Positions 61,438-61,839 of a DNA stretch of 61,839 nt are shown here, piece after piece (position 1 is the first letter of the stretch; the number at the start of each line of letters is the position of its first letter). The notes under the pieces are model-generated. The model made no database searches, was not told where the DNA came from, and saw only the letters and a program-made list of their open reading frames with translations. Both the position numbers and the translations under genes were made by a program. This stretch comes from a virus, in IMG/VR virus record IMGVR_UViG_3300029566_000017; one strand, given 5' to 3'.

Positions 61438-61839
61438 ATGGAAGGTACAAACATTGTTCCGGTAATGGATATGAATCGAAACAACAACTATGGTGACTGC
61501 TGGGGCGGCGGTATGTGGTTTATGTGGATTATTGTCCTGTTTGCTCTTATGGGTGGCTGGGGCGGTAATTGGAATAACCGTGGTAACATGGGTGCTGAAA
61601 TTTTTGCTAATGGCAGCATGACACGTGATCAGATTGCAGACCAATTTTCCATGCAGGATATTAAAGACGGTATTCGTGGTGTGCAGAATGGCTTATGTGA
61701 TGGTTTTTACGCTCAGAACAGCACTATGCTGAATGGTTTTAACGGAGTACAGCGTGACATTATGCAGACTGGCTATCAGCTTGGTAGCGAGATTGCACAA
61801 AATCGTTTCGCTGCTCAACAATGCTGCTGCGAGCAAAAA
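61438..61839 (+). CDS. Hypothetical membrane-associated Gly/Trp/Asn-rich protein, 5' part. It continues as 1-444 across the junction.
   Basis: RBS GGAGGTGA. TM segment FMWIIVLFALMGGW. The frame is contiguous with 22-444. Confidence 0.55.
   Translation, partial: MEGTNIVPVMDMNRNNNYGDCWGGGMWFMWIIVLFALMGGWGGNWNNRGNMGAEIFANGSMTRDQIADQFSMQDIKDGIRGVQNGLCDGFYAQNSTMLNGFNGVQRDIMQTGYQLGSEIAQNRFAAQQCCCEQK

Overview
This window appears to be a complete, circularly closed temperate phage genome of about 61.74 kb. Bases 1-99 are identical to 61741-61839, and one gene runs across that junction. The genome is AT-rich (about 40% GC by eye), has Shine-Dalgarno sites of the GGAGG type, and many of its proteins resemble Bacillus or Clostridium phage and spore proteins. 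The host is probably a low-GC Gram-positive, spore-forming Firmicute.

Layout, in order:
- An attP-like repeat region, a tyrosine integrase (minus strand) and two unknown accessory genes between int and the repressor.
- A divergent CI-like and Cro-like switch.
- An early/replication module: an excisionase-like HTH protein, an ERF annealing protein, a DnaD-like replisome organiser with an origin of iterated repeats inside the gene, a DnaC loader, SSB, a RecU-like protein, a DNA methyltransferase and dUTPase.
- A long run of small unknown genes with internal duplications.
- RadC and a ribosomal protein bS6 homologue.
- A ParB-like nuclease.
- A 7-deazaguanine DNA-modification cluster (dpdA-like, queC, queD, queE, folE).
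- A terminase large subunit with an N-terminal extension, a portal, an SPP1 gp7-like head morphogenesis protein, a scaffold, the major capsid protein, head-tail genes, sheath and tube, a tail chaperone with a -1 frameshift site, the tape measure and the baseplate (V, W, J, I-like).
- Tail fibres with a radical SAM/SPASM enzyme placed between glycine-rich fibre ORFs.
- Holins, a putative lysin, small membrane peptides, a sigma region-4-like regulator and Q-rich or exosporium-like proteins near the junction.

The most unusual items are the radical SAM enzyme inside the fibre module, two short structured RNA-like elements that differ by compensatory base changes, and a promoter-leader cassette that recurs three times.
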